Source of the DNA: Limisphaerales bacterium
GTDB lineage: Bacteria; Verrucomicrobiota; Verrucomicrobiia; Limisphaerales; SIBE01
DNA length: 49,821 nucleotides
Assembly: GCA_044225505.1 (NCBI GenBank)
Contig: JBGAIN010000042.1
Location: 1-49,821, forward strand
Reading direction: 5' to 3'
Translations under genes and position numbers: made by a program
The notes under the pieces: model-generated
The model's database searches: none
What the model saw: the letters and a program-made list of their open reading frames with translations, nothing else
Told to the model about the DNA's origin: nothing
In this document: piece by piece, positions 18,464 to 27,696 of the stretch
Layout: the number at the start of each line of letters is the position of its first letter
Numbering within the stretch: position 1 is the stretch's first letter

Positions 18464-21442
18464 TTGCCCTGGCGTGATCCTGTTTTTACGCTCTTGCGCG
18501 TGTCGACCCAAGTTCCAGCGCGAGAAGCGATCGTGCCGCTTTGCGAGGCCGTGCGGCTTCGAGCGGAAAAAGTAACTTTGCCCAGTCATCCTCGGCCAAT
18601 ACGCGCCGACCTGCCCGTGCTGCTCTTGCTCGCAGCGGGCAAAGGGACTCGTTTCGGGCAGGAGCCCAAGTGCGCTCAGTTAGTTAACGGGGTACCTCTC
18701 GCTCGACATACGATCGAGGCGTTTCACTGCTTTAGCCCATCCGCGGTGATCGCCGTTGTGGGTTATCGACACCAGCAAGTTTCGGCCGCTCTGGGAATGG
18801 ACAACGTGTTTGTCCGGTCGGACAACTCGGCCGGCGGAACAGCTTTTGCCGCTTACGAGGCATTCAGCCTGCCAGATCTCGAACAGGAAAACCCGGTGGT
18901 GATCCTGACGATGGGAGATCGGGTGGTCCCAGAGTCCATTCTGCGTCGCCTTTTTGACACACATTTGGCCGCCCCGCGCGAAGCGGACGTGACATTCCTG
19001 ACTGCCGTTTACGAGGCGCCAAAGAATCGCGGCAAGGGGCGGATTATCCGGGATGCCCATGGAAAAGTCGTTGGTATCATCGAACAGCAAGACATCGATG
19101 CGATTCAGGATAGCAAAGTCCGATCCTCGCTGGACGAATTGACGGAAGGGAATTGTCCGCTCTACGCGATTCGCGCGCGGATCCTGCGGCGTTGTTTAGA
19201 GAATCTCTCGAATGACAACGCTCAGCGGCAGTACTATCTCACGGACGTGGTGGAGGCAATTCGCAAGGAAGGCGGTGAAATTCGGACCCTGACCACGAAG
19301 GTGAAGGATGTCGAGTATGACCTTCTTTGTTCCGACGTGACCCGGCCGATGGATCTGGCATTGCTGGAGGGGGTCCTTAAATCGGTGCCCTCGACGAATC
19401 GAAGCGGTGCTCCTGGAGTCGACAATGCGGCGACTCTCATCCGAACGGCGCGACCCTCAGCTCAGACGGCTTCCATCGCCGAGCAATTGGAAGAATTGCA
19501 GGAGGCGGGGCGCAAGCTTGGATTCAAATCGGATGAAGCCGTGGCAATTGGGGTTTCTGGTGGGCGCTTGCGGATTGCGTTTATGCATCCGGATATGGGA
19601 CGGTTTTTCGGTCCGGCCTGGCAGATGCCTACCGGGGCAGCCGACGCCTCTGGGCGCGAACAGATCGTTGTTATGATGCAGCGTTCCGAGGATCGACGCA
19701 TCCACTTGGAACCGACTCGGCCTGAATTTCAAGAGAAGGTTTCGTCGATTTCAGCGGACATCGATTGCATGTATCCGGGTAGCGACGTGGGGGATTGGTA
19801 TAGCTACGAAGGGTTTGGCACTCGCATGGCGGAAAACCTTTTATTGTCGCTCGGCTATTTCACGGAGGAGGAAGTGCAGCGGCGCCGTGAGCACGGGCAG
19901 CCGCTACCCCCGGCATCGCTTTGGGTCAGTACGAGCATGAGGCGACCGTTTTCTCTTGTCGGTAATGCGATTGCCTCCATGAGGACCGTCCGTTCCGGAA
20001 CGCTTGGAGCAAAGGTTCAGGCTTCTTTAGGGCGCGACCATTTCACTGGTCTTCGCATCGTTTCCGCTGGAAATATTCCACGAGGCGGTTTTTCAAGCTC
20101 GTCCGCGGTGACGGTTGCGGCCAAAAACGCCATCAACGCCCTATTTGGCTTGAATATACCAGACGACATGCTGGTGCACCTCTCTTGCCAGGCGGAATAT
20201 GGGACGGGCGTGCGCGCTGGGTCATTGGACCAGGCGACTGAGCAAAAGGGCCGCGCGGGTCAGGGCACGTTGCTGTCTTCCAATCCGCGAGATAATTACC
20301 GGATTCTTGGGACGTATCCCGTCCCAGGCGATCGAATTCAGCTTTTGTTCCCTTTTTCGGTGGATCGAGATCGGCTGGCGTGGCGCTGGTCTGGAGGGGT
20401 CTATGGTGAGAAACCTGGAGCCACTCTGCAAACAACTGGCGAAACGCGCAAAATGACAGGCAAAGCTGCCGAGTTGGCTGCGGTGCTCCTGGCACTCCCA
20501 GTGGACCAAGACTTCTTCCAACCGCTGGAGACAGAGCTCGTGACGGCTGGGAGATTGGGCCTGGCCAAACGCCGCTGGGTGTGCGACGTGTTGCGCGGCC
20601 TTCCCTTACTCATTACCCGAGAAGAATTGCGGCAACGTCTGGAAGATAAACGGCCGTGGTACGTGGATCAGTTGGCTGACTCCGAGAAGGTCAGCGTTGG
20701 GGTAGCAGAGCAAAAGGCGAAGGTGGCTTTTGAGAGCTTACTCGCGGGCTGGCATGATCCCCTTTATCGGCGGTGCACAGCTTCAGGGAGTTCTGTGACC
20801 GAGACGGGTGTCCCCTTGCGAGCGATCGTTGGCTACCTTTTTGCTGAAGTGGCGAAAAACTTTCGACTCATTCATGCTCCAGATCAATGGATCGATTGGG
20901 TGACCCGATCACAATGGGGGGATCGCTGTTTCCAGATCGACCCGTTGTCACTTCCGACATTGGATGCGATGAGCGAGGCTCTGCCTTGGGAAAAGGATTT
21001 GCGCGGACCTGTTCTGCTAGACCGATGGCTGGCCGAATTCAATGCGCAGCCGTTCGATTTCAATCGGGGGTTGGATGACGCGTCACTCGCTTCCGATCCG
21101 CCTCCAGAGATTGAGTTCTGGGAGGGCACTAATTTCTTCCGTGGTTTAGCCCTGATCGACCTCGCGGAAGCGATGTTGAAGCGGGCGTTTGGCGCTCACG
21201 CGGTCGCTGTCCGCGTAAATGCGGCCGGCCAAGGAGACTTCTTTCAGGTTCACGTTGATAAGAGTCAAGCGGACCTTGGGCAAGTAAAGGAGTTCATCCG
21301 ACGGGCGTTTTACAGGCGCTTTGAGCTGACGCCCGAACAGGAGTTCGTTGAAGTTCACCCGGGCGGAGGCGCGATCGGCGTGCAGTTAGAGCGTTTTGAT
21401 CAAGTCGGCGATTTGATCCGGGCGCTGCGCCGGGTCCGATAA
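18464..21442 (+). CDS. Bifunctional GlmU-like sugar-1-phosphate nucleotidyltransferase / GHMP (galactokinase-like) kinase fusion
   Basis: N-terminal LAAGKGTRF..PK and NDNAQRQYYLTD. C-terminal GRLRIAFMHPD, IPRGGFSSSSA, EYGTGVRAGSLDQ and RVNAAGQG. Start uncertain (TTG at 18464 or 18578). Confidence 0.8.
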   Translation: MPWRDPVFTLLRVSTQVPAREAIVPLCEAVRLRAEKVTLPSHPRPIRADLPVLLLLAAGKGTRFGQEPKCAQLVNGVPLARHTIEAFHCFSPSAVIAVVGYRHQQVSAALGMDNVFVRSDNSAGGTAFAAYEAFSLPDLEQENPVVILTMGDRVVPESILRRLFDTHLAAPREADVTFLTAVYEAPKNRGKGRIIRDAHGKVVGIIEQQDIDAIQDSKVRSSLDELTEGNCPLYAIRARILRRCLENLSNDNAQRQYYLTDVVEAIRKEGGEIRTLTTKVKDVEYDLLCSDVTRPMDLALLEGVLKSVPSTNRSGAPGVDNAATLIRTARPSAQTASIAEQLEELQEAGRKLGFKSDEAVAIGVSGGRLRIAFMHPDMGRFFGPAWQMPTGAADASGREQIVVMMQRSEDRRIHLEPTRPEFQEKVSSISADIDCMYPGSDVGDWYSYEGFGTRMAENLLLSLGYFTEEEVQRRREHGQPLPPASLWVSTSMRRPFSLVGNAIASMRTVRSGTLGAKVQASLGRDHFTGLRIVSAGNIPRGGFSSSSAVTVAAKNAINALFGLNIPDDMLVHLSCQAEYGTGVRAGSLDQATEQKGRAGQGTLLSSNPRDNYRILGTYPVPGDRIQLLFPFSVDRDRLAWRWSGGVYGEKPGATLQTTGETRKMTGKAAELAAVLLALPVDQDFFQPLETELVTAGRLGLAKRRWVCDVLRGLPLLITREELRQRLEDKRPWYVDQLADSEKVSVGVAEQKAKVAFESLLAGWHDPLYRRCTASGSSVTETGVPLRAIVGYLFAEVAKNFRLIHAPDQWIDWVTRSQWGDRCFQIDPLSLPTLDAMSEALPWEKDLRGPVLLDRWLAEFNAQPFDFNRGLDDASLASDPPPEIEFWEGTNFFRGLALIDLAEAMLKRAFGAHAVAVRVNAAGQGDFFQVHVDKSQADLGQVKEFIRRAFYRRFELTPEQEFVEVHPGGGAIGVQLERFDQVGDLIRALRRVR

Positions 21443-22075
21443 CTATTTCGGCAGTAGAGTCATCAAGTCCGAATGAGGGCGAGCAATGACGTGCGCGGCA
21501 ATTAGTTTGCCTAGATTGCGGACTGCGGCGGCGCCCGCGTCGACGGCAGCTTGGACGGCGGCCACGTCTCCGCGGATCATTACGGTCACATAGGCAGCAC
21601 CAATCTTCTCTTTGCCCACCAGGGTGACATTGGCAGCCTTCAACATGACATCTGTGGCTTCGAGTAGGGCTGTTAAACCTTGGGTTTCGAGGATACCCAA
21701 GGCGAGCTGATTCTCATTCATAGCGTTGTTTGAAGTTTGCAGGAAGTCCGTGGCGAGGAACTGATCACGGCCTCCATAGAGGGCGTTTTGTGCGTTTGGA
21801 AATCTTAGAAGAGTGCCCAGATTCGGCTCGGGACTGGGTAAACAATGAGTCACGACATTGCAGCCGAGCTCCTGAGCTCGGTTTTCTGCTGTCGCCAAGG
21901 AGGCTTGAACTGCGGCGACCGATCCTGAGACGCGGATTTGTAGATTCTCATTTCCAGTGGTCTCGAATCCAAGCAGGCCGACGTCAGCCGCTTTCAACAT
22001 GGCGTCAGCGACGAGCGCCGTGATGCTGAGAAATGCAATTTCAACAAGCCCTAGAGCTGCCGCTTCCGAGTTCAA
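21443..22075 (-). CDS. Bacterial microcompartment shell protein with two tandem BMC domains
   Basis: Domain 1: ALGLVE...[10 protein letters not shown]...[10 protein letters not shown]. Domain 2: ALGILET.G...DVMLKAANV...[15 protein letters not shown]...AHVIARPH. Confidence 0.93.
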   Translation of the reverse strand: MNSEAAALGLVEIAFLSITALVADAMLKAADVGLLGFETTGNENLQIRVSGSVAAVQASLATAENRAQELGCNVVTHCLPSPEPNLGTLLRFPNAQNALYGGRDQFLATDFLQTSNNAMNENQLALGILETQGLTALLEATDVMLKAANVTLVGKEKIGAAYVTVMIRGDVAAVQAAVDAGAAAVRNLGKLIAAHVIARPHSDLMTLLPK

Positions 22076-22086
22076 ATGATTGCAGG

Positions 22087-23136
22087 TTAGCGATTCTGAA
22101 GTTGGCGAATGACTTCTTTGGCAATGGCCTCAGCATCTAAACCAATCTTGGAAGGCACCGCTGCGAGCGATTCACGGCCCTCCGTAAGGGCAGTGTCGCG
22201 GCGGTTTGCGCACAGCGTGCGACAGGCCGAGGCAGCCTCGGAAAACCCACACTCTGTGAGGAGGCAAGCGATTTTGGAGCGAATGTCCTCGAGGTCGGAT
22301 TTCTCCTGCGGTGAGAGCAGTTGCCGAGTCGTCCCCAAATTGAAACCTCGCAAGGACATCCCAGCGCGGAAACCTTCCGGAAAGTTCGTTCCGAACAGCA
22401 TCGCGTTGATCAGGTCTAGCAGTTTGAATTGCACCCGTTTAGCTTCCTTAAGATTCCCTTGCTGGAAATCGCGATAGAGTTTCATGACCACCTCGGGCAC
22501 CACGCCAGAAGTCGCGATCGTGCCGCCGTCACCTCCCATGAGCAAGGTCGGGAAGAGAATCTCTTCACAGCCGATCAGACAGCTGAATTCAGGCCGTTGC
22601 CCTTTAATGGCGTGGAGCGTGTTGAGGAATCGCGGAAAATCACGACTGCTGTCTTTGACTCCGACGATCCGAGGGCAATCCAAAGCCAACCGGGTCAGGA
22701 CCGGCACGCTAATTTCATTCGAGAATTGCGGTATGTTGTAGAGAACGATGTCGATAGGCGATCTTCTGGCCAATTCCCGGAAGAAATGCTCGATGCTCTC
22801 CTGGCTGACTTTGTAATAGTAAGGTCCAGTTACGGAGACGGCGGTGCATCCTAAATCGGCATAGAAACGGCAAGCCTCGAGAATCATTGTTAAGTTTGAC
22901 TCCGCGGCTCCCGCCAGAATCGGCACGCGTCCGCGTGTCTCTTCCGCGACGATTTGAATGACTCGTTTGCGTTCCTCGAAACTTAGGCGAATAAATTCCC
23001 CGGTACTGCCGTTTGGGTAAAGTCCGCTGACGCCTTTCTCGATCAGCCAGGAGATCAAGCGGCGCAGTTCTCCTTCATCAATGCTACCGTCCTCGCGGAA
23101 GGGGACCAAGTTGGGCGTATAGATGCCTCGGATCAT
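22087..23136 (-). CDS. DapA/NanA-family class I aldolase with a C-terminal extension resembling an encapsulation peptide
   Basis: NGSTGEF, YNIPQ and Schiff-base GVKDSS motifs; tail ...[17 protein letters not shown]; start ATG 23136 or TTG 23151. Confidence 0.88.
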   Translation of the reverse strand: MIRGIYTPNLVPFREDGSIDEGELRRLISWLIEKGVSGLYPNGSTGEFIRLSFEERKRVIQIVAEETRGRVPILAGAAESNLTMILEACRFYADLGCTAVSVTGPYYYKVSQESIEHFFRELARRSPIDIVLYNIPQFSNEISVPVLTRLALDCPRIVGVKDSSRDFPRFLNTLHAIKGQRPEFSCLIGCEEILFPTLLMGGDGGTIATSGVVPEVVMKLYRDFQQGNLKEAKRVQFKLLDLINAMLFGTNFPEGFRAGMSLRGFNLGTTRQLLSPQEKSDLEDIRSKIACLLTECGFSEAASACRTLCANRRDTALTEGRESLAAVPSKIGLDAEAIAKEVIRQLQNR

Positions 23137-23352
23137 AGGCCGGTCATGCAATGGAGCGTTCGGTTCGTACCACGAGTTTGTTGTAACGGGATCGCCTGGC
23201 GAGCGAAAGCATATTTCGAGATCGGATTTATGGCGCTCTGGATGTGCCAGGGTGAATCTGGGACGGATGGAGGGAATTCCGCACTTCAGCGCACTTCGAT
23301 GGTGCGTTTATCCGCGGTCCGCTATATCGTCGACCCGATAAATCCAACGCGC

Positions 23353-24351
23353 GTGAAAAGCATTGTTACCTTGTGTTCGGATATACGAGTTATTGTGACT
23401 CTAATCCTGTTTGCGGTCGTCGGTTGCGGGTCCGGCCCGCAAAGCAGCAGTGGTACCGGGCCCGCCCCGACGACAGCACCGGCGAGCCAATACAAGTTTG
23501 TCGTCATTACCCACGCCTCCGCGGTTCCGTTCTTTGTCCCCGTGCGCAAGGGCGTGGAGGAAGCGGGGAAACTCATTGGTGCCGACGTATCGTTTACAGG
23601 CCCACCCGATTTTAACGTGGCGCGACAGATCGAAGTGATCAAAGCGGCAATTGCTGCTCATGTGGATGGCATCGGGACGACGTTGCCGAATCCTGACGCC
23701 TTCAACGATGTAGTGGCAGAGGCGCTCGGCCAAGGGATTCCCATCGTCGCACTCAACGCCGATGCCCCGAGCAGCCGTCGTTTGGCCTACATTGGGCAGG
23801 GCAATTTCGAAGCCGGGCGCTCGATGGGACGAGAGATTGTCAAGCTCCTGCCAGACGGTGGCCAGGTCTTGCTTTGCACGCACACGGCTGGGGCATTCAA
23901 TCTGGAGGAGAGGCTCCGCGGCATTCGTGATGCCCTTCAACAACACGGGAAGTTCACGCCGCAAGTGATTGCCACGACGACGGACCTGGTAAAAGCGACA
24001 TCTCTTATCGGTAGTTATTATCAAGGTCATCCGGAAACCAAAGGCTTCTTCGGGGTTGACGACATCACGGGTTCGGCGATTGCCCAGGTGCTCGATCGCG
24101 AAAAACTCAAGGGAAAGGTGCTCGGGGGCGGGTTTGACTTGGTTCCAGACGTCATGGCGGCCATTAAAGCGGGAGTAATGCAGTTCACCATTGACCAGCA
24201 ACCTTACTTGCAGGGGTTCAACACCGTTATGCAGCTTTATCTTCTGAAGAAGTATGGGCTGGCTCCGACGGACATTAACACCGGCGTCGCTCCCGTGACA
24301 TCGGCCAATGTGGAAGCGGTGATGAAGCTAGCCGAGCAAGGCTATCGTTGA
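23353..24351 (+). CDS. Sugar ABC transporter substrate-binding lipoprotein (RbsB-like)
   Basis: VVGC lipobox; FF..V.KG...A, YIGQGNFEAG, GGFD, TIDQQPYLQG motifs; start uncertain (GTG 23353 chosen). Confidence 0.9.
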   Translation: MKSIVTLCSDIRVIVTLILFAVVGCGSGPQSSSGTGPAPTTAPASQYKFVVITHASAVPFFVPVRKGVEEAGKLIGADVSFTGPPDFNVARQIEVIKAAIAAHVDGIGTTLPNPDAFNDVVAEALGQGIPIVALNADAPSSRRLAYIGQGNFEAGRSMGREIVKLLPDGGQVLLCTHTAGAFNLEERLRGIRDALQQHGKFTPQVIATTTDLVKATSLIGSYYQGHPETKGFFGVDDITGSAIAQVLDREKLKGKVLGGGFDLVPDVMAAIKAGVMQFTIDQQPYLQGFNTVMQLYLLKKYGLAPTDINTGVAPVTSANVEAVMKLAEQGYR

Positions 24352-24367
24352 ACTTCACTGGGACACC

Positions 24368-25864
24368 TTGCTTTCTGTTCATCAGCTCAGCAAACGGTTT
24401 GCCCGCGTCCAGGCATTGCGAGAGGTCTCTCTTCGTTGGGAGGCTGGGAAGGTCTACGGATTAGCCGGTGAGAACGGGGCTGGGAAATCGACTCTGATCA
24501 AGATCGTGTCGGGCGTTCACGCACCGGACAGCGGTGACATGCAGTGGCAAGACGCTCGGTTTGCACCGCGCTCAGCCCGAGCGGCCGAGGCGGCAGGAAT
24601 CCAGGTGTTTCACCAGGAGATCCCCATCTGTCCGAATCTTTCCGTGGCGGCCAATGTCTTTCTGGGCCCTCGACAGCCTGGGCATACCATCTTCCCTCAG
24701 TGGGCCAAGCTTGAGGAGAAATGCATGCTGCTCTATCGAGAGCTCCTGGGTATCGAGATGGATGTGCGTCGAGTTATGCGCGATTGCACGGCGGCAGAGC
24801 GTCAGTTGGCACTGCTCGTCAGAGTGCTTTCGCGACGCGCGCGCTTGATCATTCTGGATGAGCCGACGACAGCGCTGACATCACCCGAAGTTGATAGGCT
24901 TTTTGAAGTAATCCGGCGATTGCGAGATCAGGGGGTGACGTTTGTTTTTGTGAGCCACCTGTTGGATGAATTGGTCGAGCTTTGCGACGAAATCCACGTG
25001 CTGCGCGACGGCGCTAGGGTTGGCCACTTACACCGAACGGAGTTTGATAGATCCACTTTGGCAAACTTGATCGCAGGACGCTGTTTGGAAGAACGAAGGT
25101 CAAAGAGCGCAGTGACGGGTAACGGAGTCAAACTTGAGGTCAAAGGTCTCGCGCGTGCCGGAGAGTTTGCCGATGTTTCTTTTAAAGTGTCCGCGGGTGA
25201 AATCCTGGGGATCACCGGACTGCAAGGTTCGGGGCGGTCTGCCGTGGCTCGAGCGCTATTTGCCGCCCCGGCTGCAACGTCAGGAGAAGTGTTCTTGGAG
25301 GGTCGGCAATTGCACTTACAAGAGTCTCGCGATGCCATTCGGGCCCGCATCGGTTATGTGCCCGAAGATCGAAAATCACTTGGGCTTTTTCGCCAGTTGG
25401 ACGTTCAAACGAACCTCGGCGTGACGCGGGTTGCCTCGTTATCCAAGTGGGGTTGGTTAAGTCGTCACCGGCTCCGGCAACTGGCCGAAAGCATGCGGGA
25501 GCGACTCCATATCAAAATGCCCAGCCAAGATGCGCCGGTGACGAGCCTGAGCGGCGGGAATCAGCAGAAAGTCCTGTTGGCGCGGTGGTTCGCGATCGAT
25601 CCTCAAGTGTTGGTGATGAATGAGCCAACTCGAGGCGTGGATGTCGGGGCAAAAGACGAAATCTGTCAGTTGCTGCGCTCGATGGCAGAAGGCGGGGTTG
25701 CGTTTGTCCTGGCGTCGTCGGATTTGGATGAAGTATTGGCGCTGGCAGATCGCATTCTCGTGATGCGCCGCGGACGAATCACCGCGGAGTTTACCCGGGC
25801 GCAAGCGACGAAGGCAGCTCTAATCCATGCCGCCGCATCGGAACTGACCAAGTCCAATGTCTGA
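24368..25864 (+). CDS. Sugar ABC transporter ATP-binding protein (RbsA/MglA-like, two NBDs)
   Basis: GENGAGKST, LDEPT, VPEDRK, LSGGNQQKV, EPTRGVDVGAK motifs. Confidence 0.95.
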   Translation: MLSVHQLSKRFARVQALREVSLRWEAGKVYGLAGENGAGKSTLIKIVSGVHAPDSGDMQWQDARFAPRSARAAEAAGIQVFHQEIPICPNLSVAANVFLGPRQPGHTIFPQWAKLEEKCMLLYRELLGIEMDVRRVMRDCTAAERQLALLVRVLSRRARLIILDEPTTALTSPEVDRLFEVIRRLRDQGVTFVFVSHLLDELVELCDEIHVLRDGARVGHLHRTEFDRSTLANLIAGRCLEERRSKSAVTGNGVKLEVKGLARAGEFADVSFKVSAGEILGITGLQGSGRSAVARALFAAPAATSGEVFLEGRQLHLQESRDAIRARIGYVPEDRKSLGLFRQLDVQTNLGVTRVASLSKWGWLSRHRLRQLAESMRERLHIKMPSQDAPVTSLSGGNQQKVLLARWFAIDPQVLVMNEPTRGVDVGAKDEICQLLRSMAEGGVAFVLASSDLDEVLALADRILVMRRGRITAEFTRAQATKAALIHAAASELTKSNV

Positions 25865-26834
25865 AACCAATCCTCAAAAAGTTCTTCGCTCTGCCCAGTT
25901 CCGCGATCTGGGAGTTTTGATCGCAGCGTTGGCAATTGGTGGCTTCTTTAGCATCTTCGCGCCTGCGTTTTTGACGTCCTACAATCTGCTAAACCTGCTG
26001 CGCCAGACGTCGGAGCTCGGGATCATCGCCATGGCCATGACGATTCTCATCATTTCCGGAGAGTTCGACCTTTCGGTTGGAGCGATCTATGCAGTGACCG
26101 CGGTGGTTACTGGATTCCTCTTCAAATCGTTCGGAGTGAACATTTGGCTCGCGGCGTCGGCCGGAGTGGGCGTGGCCCTTGTCCTCGGAGGGGTAAACGG
26201 TTGGCTTATTACCCGGGCGCGCATGAATTCCTTTATCGCGACGCTCGCGACGATGATGGTCTACCGGGGAATTGCCATGGTGGTTTCGAGAGGCCAACCG
26301 ATCTCGGGCTTTCCTGATCTCGCGTTTTTCGAGATCTTAGGCCGGTCTAGGCTGTTAGGTTCCATTCCCGTGCCTGTGCTATGGCTGGCGGTGACGGCGT
26401 TGATCTTTTATGTCTTGCTGCACCGAACCGTCTTTGGGGTTTATGTGTTTGCCACAGGAGACAACCGAGAGGCGGCGGGCCTGGCGGGGATTCAAACCCA
26501 AAGAGTCAAATGCATTAACTTCGTCATCACGGCTGCGGCAGCGAGTTTGGCCAGCTTGATCTCACTCGGCTACCTGAAAACAGTTACGCCAACTCAGGGG
26601 ACGGGAATGGAATTGGAGGCGATCGCGGCCTCTGTCATCGGCGGAACTGGAATGCGCGGCGGGGTGGGGAGCATCGGCGGGGCATTTCTCGGCGCCTTCA
26701 TCATGGCTGAGGTCCGGACGGGCCTTGTCTTGATGGGGACCGATGCTTACATCCAGGATGCGTGCGTTGGGCTGATTATTGCGATCGCGGTCATTCTCAA
26801 TCTTCGGATCAGTGGCCAAAAAGAATCCGCGTGA
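25857..26834 (+). CDS. Sugar ABC transporter permease (RbsC-like)
   Basis: GEFDLSVG, SFIATLA, A.GDNREAA.LAGI, ELEAIAASVIGGT motifs. Confidence 0.95.
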   Translation: MSETNPQKVLRSAQFRDLGVLIAALAIGGFFSIFAPAFLTSYNLLNLLRQTSELGIIAMAMTILIISGEFDLSVGAIYAVTAVVTGFLFKSFGVNIWLAASAGVGVALVLGGVNGWLITRARMNSFIATLATMMVYRGIAMVVSRGQPISGFPDLAFFEILGRSRLLGSIPVPVLWLAVTALIFYVLLHRTVFGVYVFATGDNREAAGLAGIQTQRVKCINFVITAAAASLASLISLGYLKTVTPTQGTGMELEAIAASVIGGTGMRGGVGSIGGAFLGAFIMAEVRTGLVLMGTDAYIQDACVGLIIAIAVILNLRISGQKESA

Positions 26835-26882
26835 TTTTGCTCGTTGGGGAGGGCCTTCTGGTGCCGAACAAGCAGTCCGATG

Positions 26883-27611
26883 CTAGGGTTTGCCTTTCGG
26901 GAAGAGTTGAACCGCCTTGGTTTCGACTGAAGGAGCCCAAATCCGGACGTTATCGACTCGGCCCGTATCATCGAAGGACCCGAATCCAACGAAGCCCGAG
27001 TCGAGCGTGGTGTCGTGAGCAACCATGATCGGAGTATCCAGGTGATCGAAGTAAACGCGAATGGAGCCATCTGCCACTTTCCGTTCAAGGCGCACTTTGT
27101 GCCAGATGTTGAGTCCCCAATTCACACCGCGGGTAGTTTGCTCGGCGATTTTCGTGCGAGGTTGACTATTGACGATGAAGATATTGTGAGCGTGATCATC
27201 CGCGGCGGTAGCGAGGTGTGTGTAGTAGAACTTGTTTGCCGCTTGAAACCCGAAGAAGATGCACATGTCGCGATGCCCATATTCTTTGCCGGTCTGCATT
27301 AGATCGGCCTCCAGGATAAAGTCTCGCAACACTTTGTCTTTGATCAGCGCGATGTTGAACGGGGAACGGACCGGAGGCTCGTATTTGCTCTGGGCGACAA
27401 GTTCGAGGCCAGCGTTGTTCGCTTCGCTGGTAATTTTCCAAGCCGCTCGATCGGACAGCTGAAAGCCATCCAGAGTGGCCCCGTGGTCGAAAGACTCTTC
27501 GTAAACCAGTTGATAGCCCGTTGGTATGCCTTCGGCCGCGGCGCCATGGACGGAGTGGTGGCCGAAAGCTGTGCCCAAGACTCCAAGCAACAAACTGGCA
27601 AATGCTCTCAT
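26883..27611 (-). CDS. Secreted concanavalin-A-like (DUF1080-related fold) hypothetical protein
   Basis: Signal peptide MRAFASLLLG...; DFILEADL, WHKVRLER, GFVGFGSFDD...DNVRIW beta-sandwich pattern. Confidence 0.6.
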   Translation of the reverse strand: MRAFASLLLGVLGTAFGHHSVHGAAAEGIPTGYQLVYEESFDHGATLDGFQLSDRAAWKITSEANNAGLELVAQSKYEPPVRSPFNIALIKDKVLRDFILEADLMQTGKEYGHRDMCIFFGFQAANKFYYTHLATAADDHAHNIFIVNSQPRTKIAEQTTRGVNWGLNIWHKVRLERKVADGSIRVYFDHLDTPIMVAHDTTLDSGFVGFGSFDDTGRVDNVRIWAPSVETKAVQLFPKGKP

Positions 27612-27696
27612 AGCTGCACAAGATTCGCCTCTGAATCGAATTTCGTCTCCGAGCGAGTTGGCCCTGGACGGCCTGGGTCTTGAAAGGCAATGGATC

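Noticed and set aside
18464..21442. Housekeeping glmU
   Set aside because: There is no hexapeptide-repeat acetyltransferase domain; the C-terminus is GHMP-like
22087..23136. Housekeeping dapA for lysine biosynthesis
   Set aside because: It lacks the substrate-binding Arg motif, has an extra tail, and lies in a BMC/sugar context
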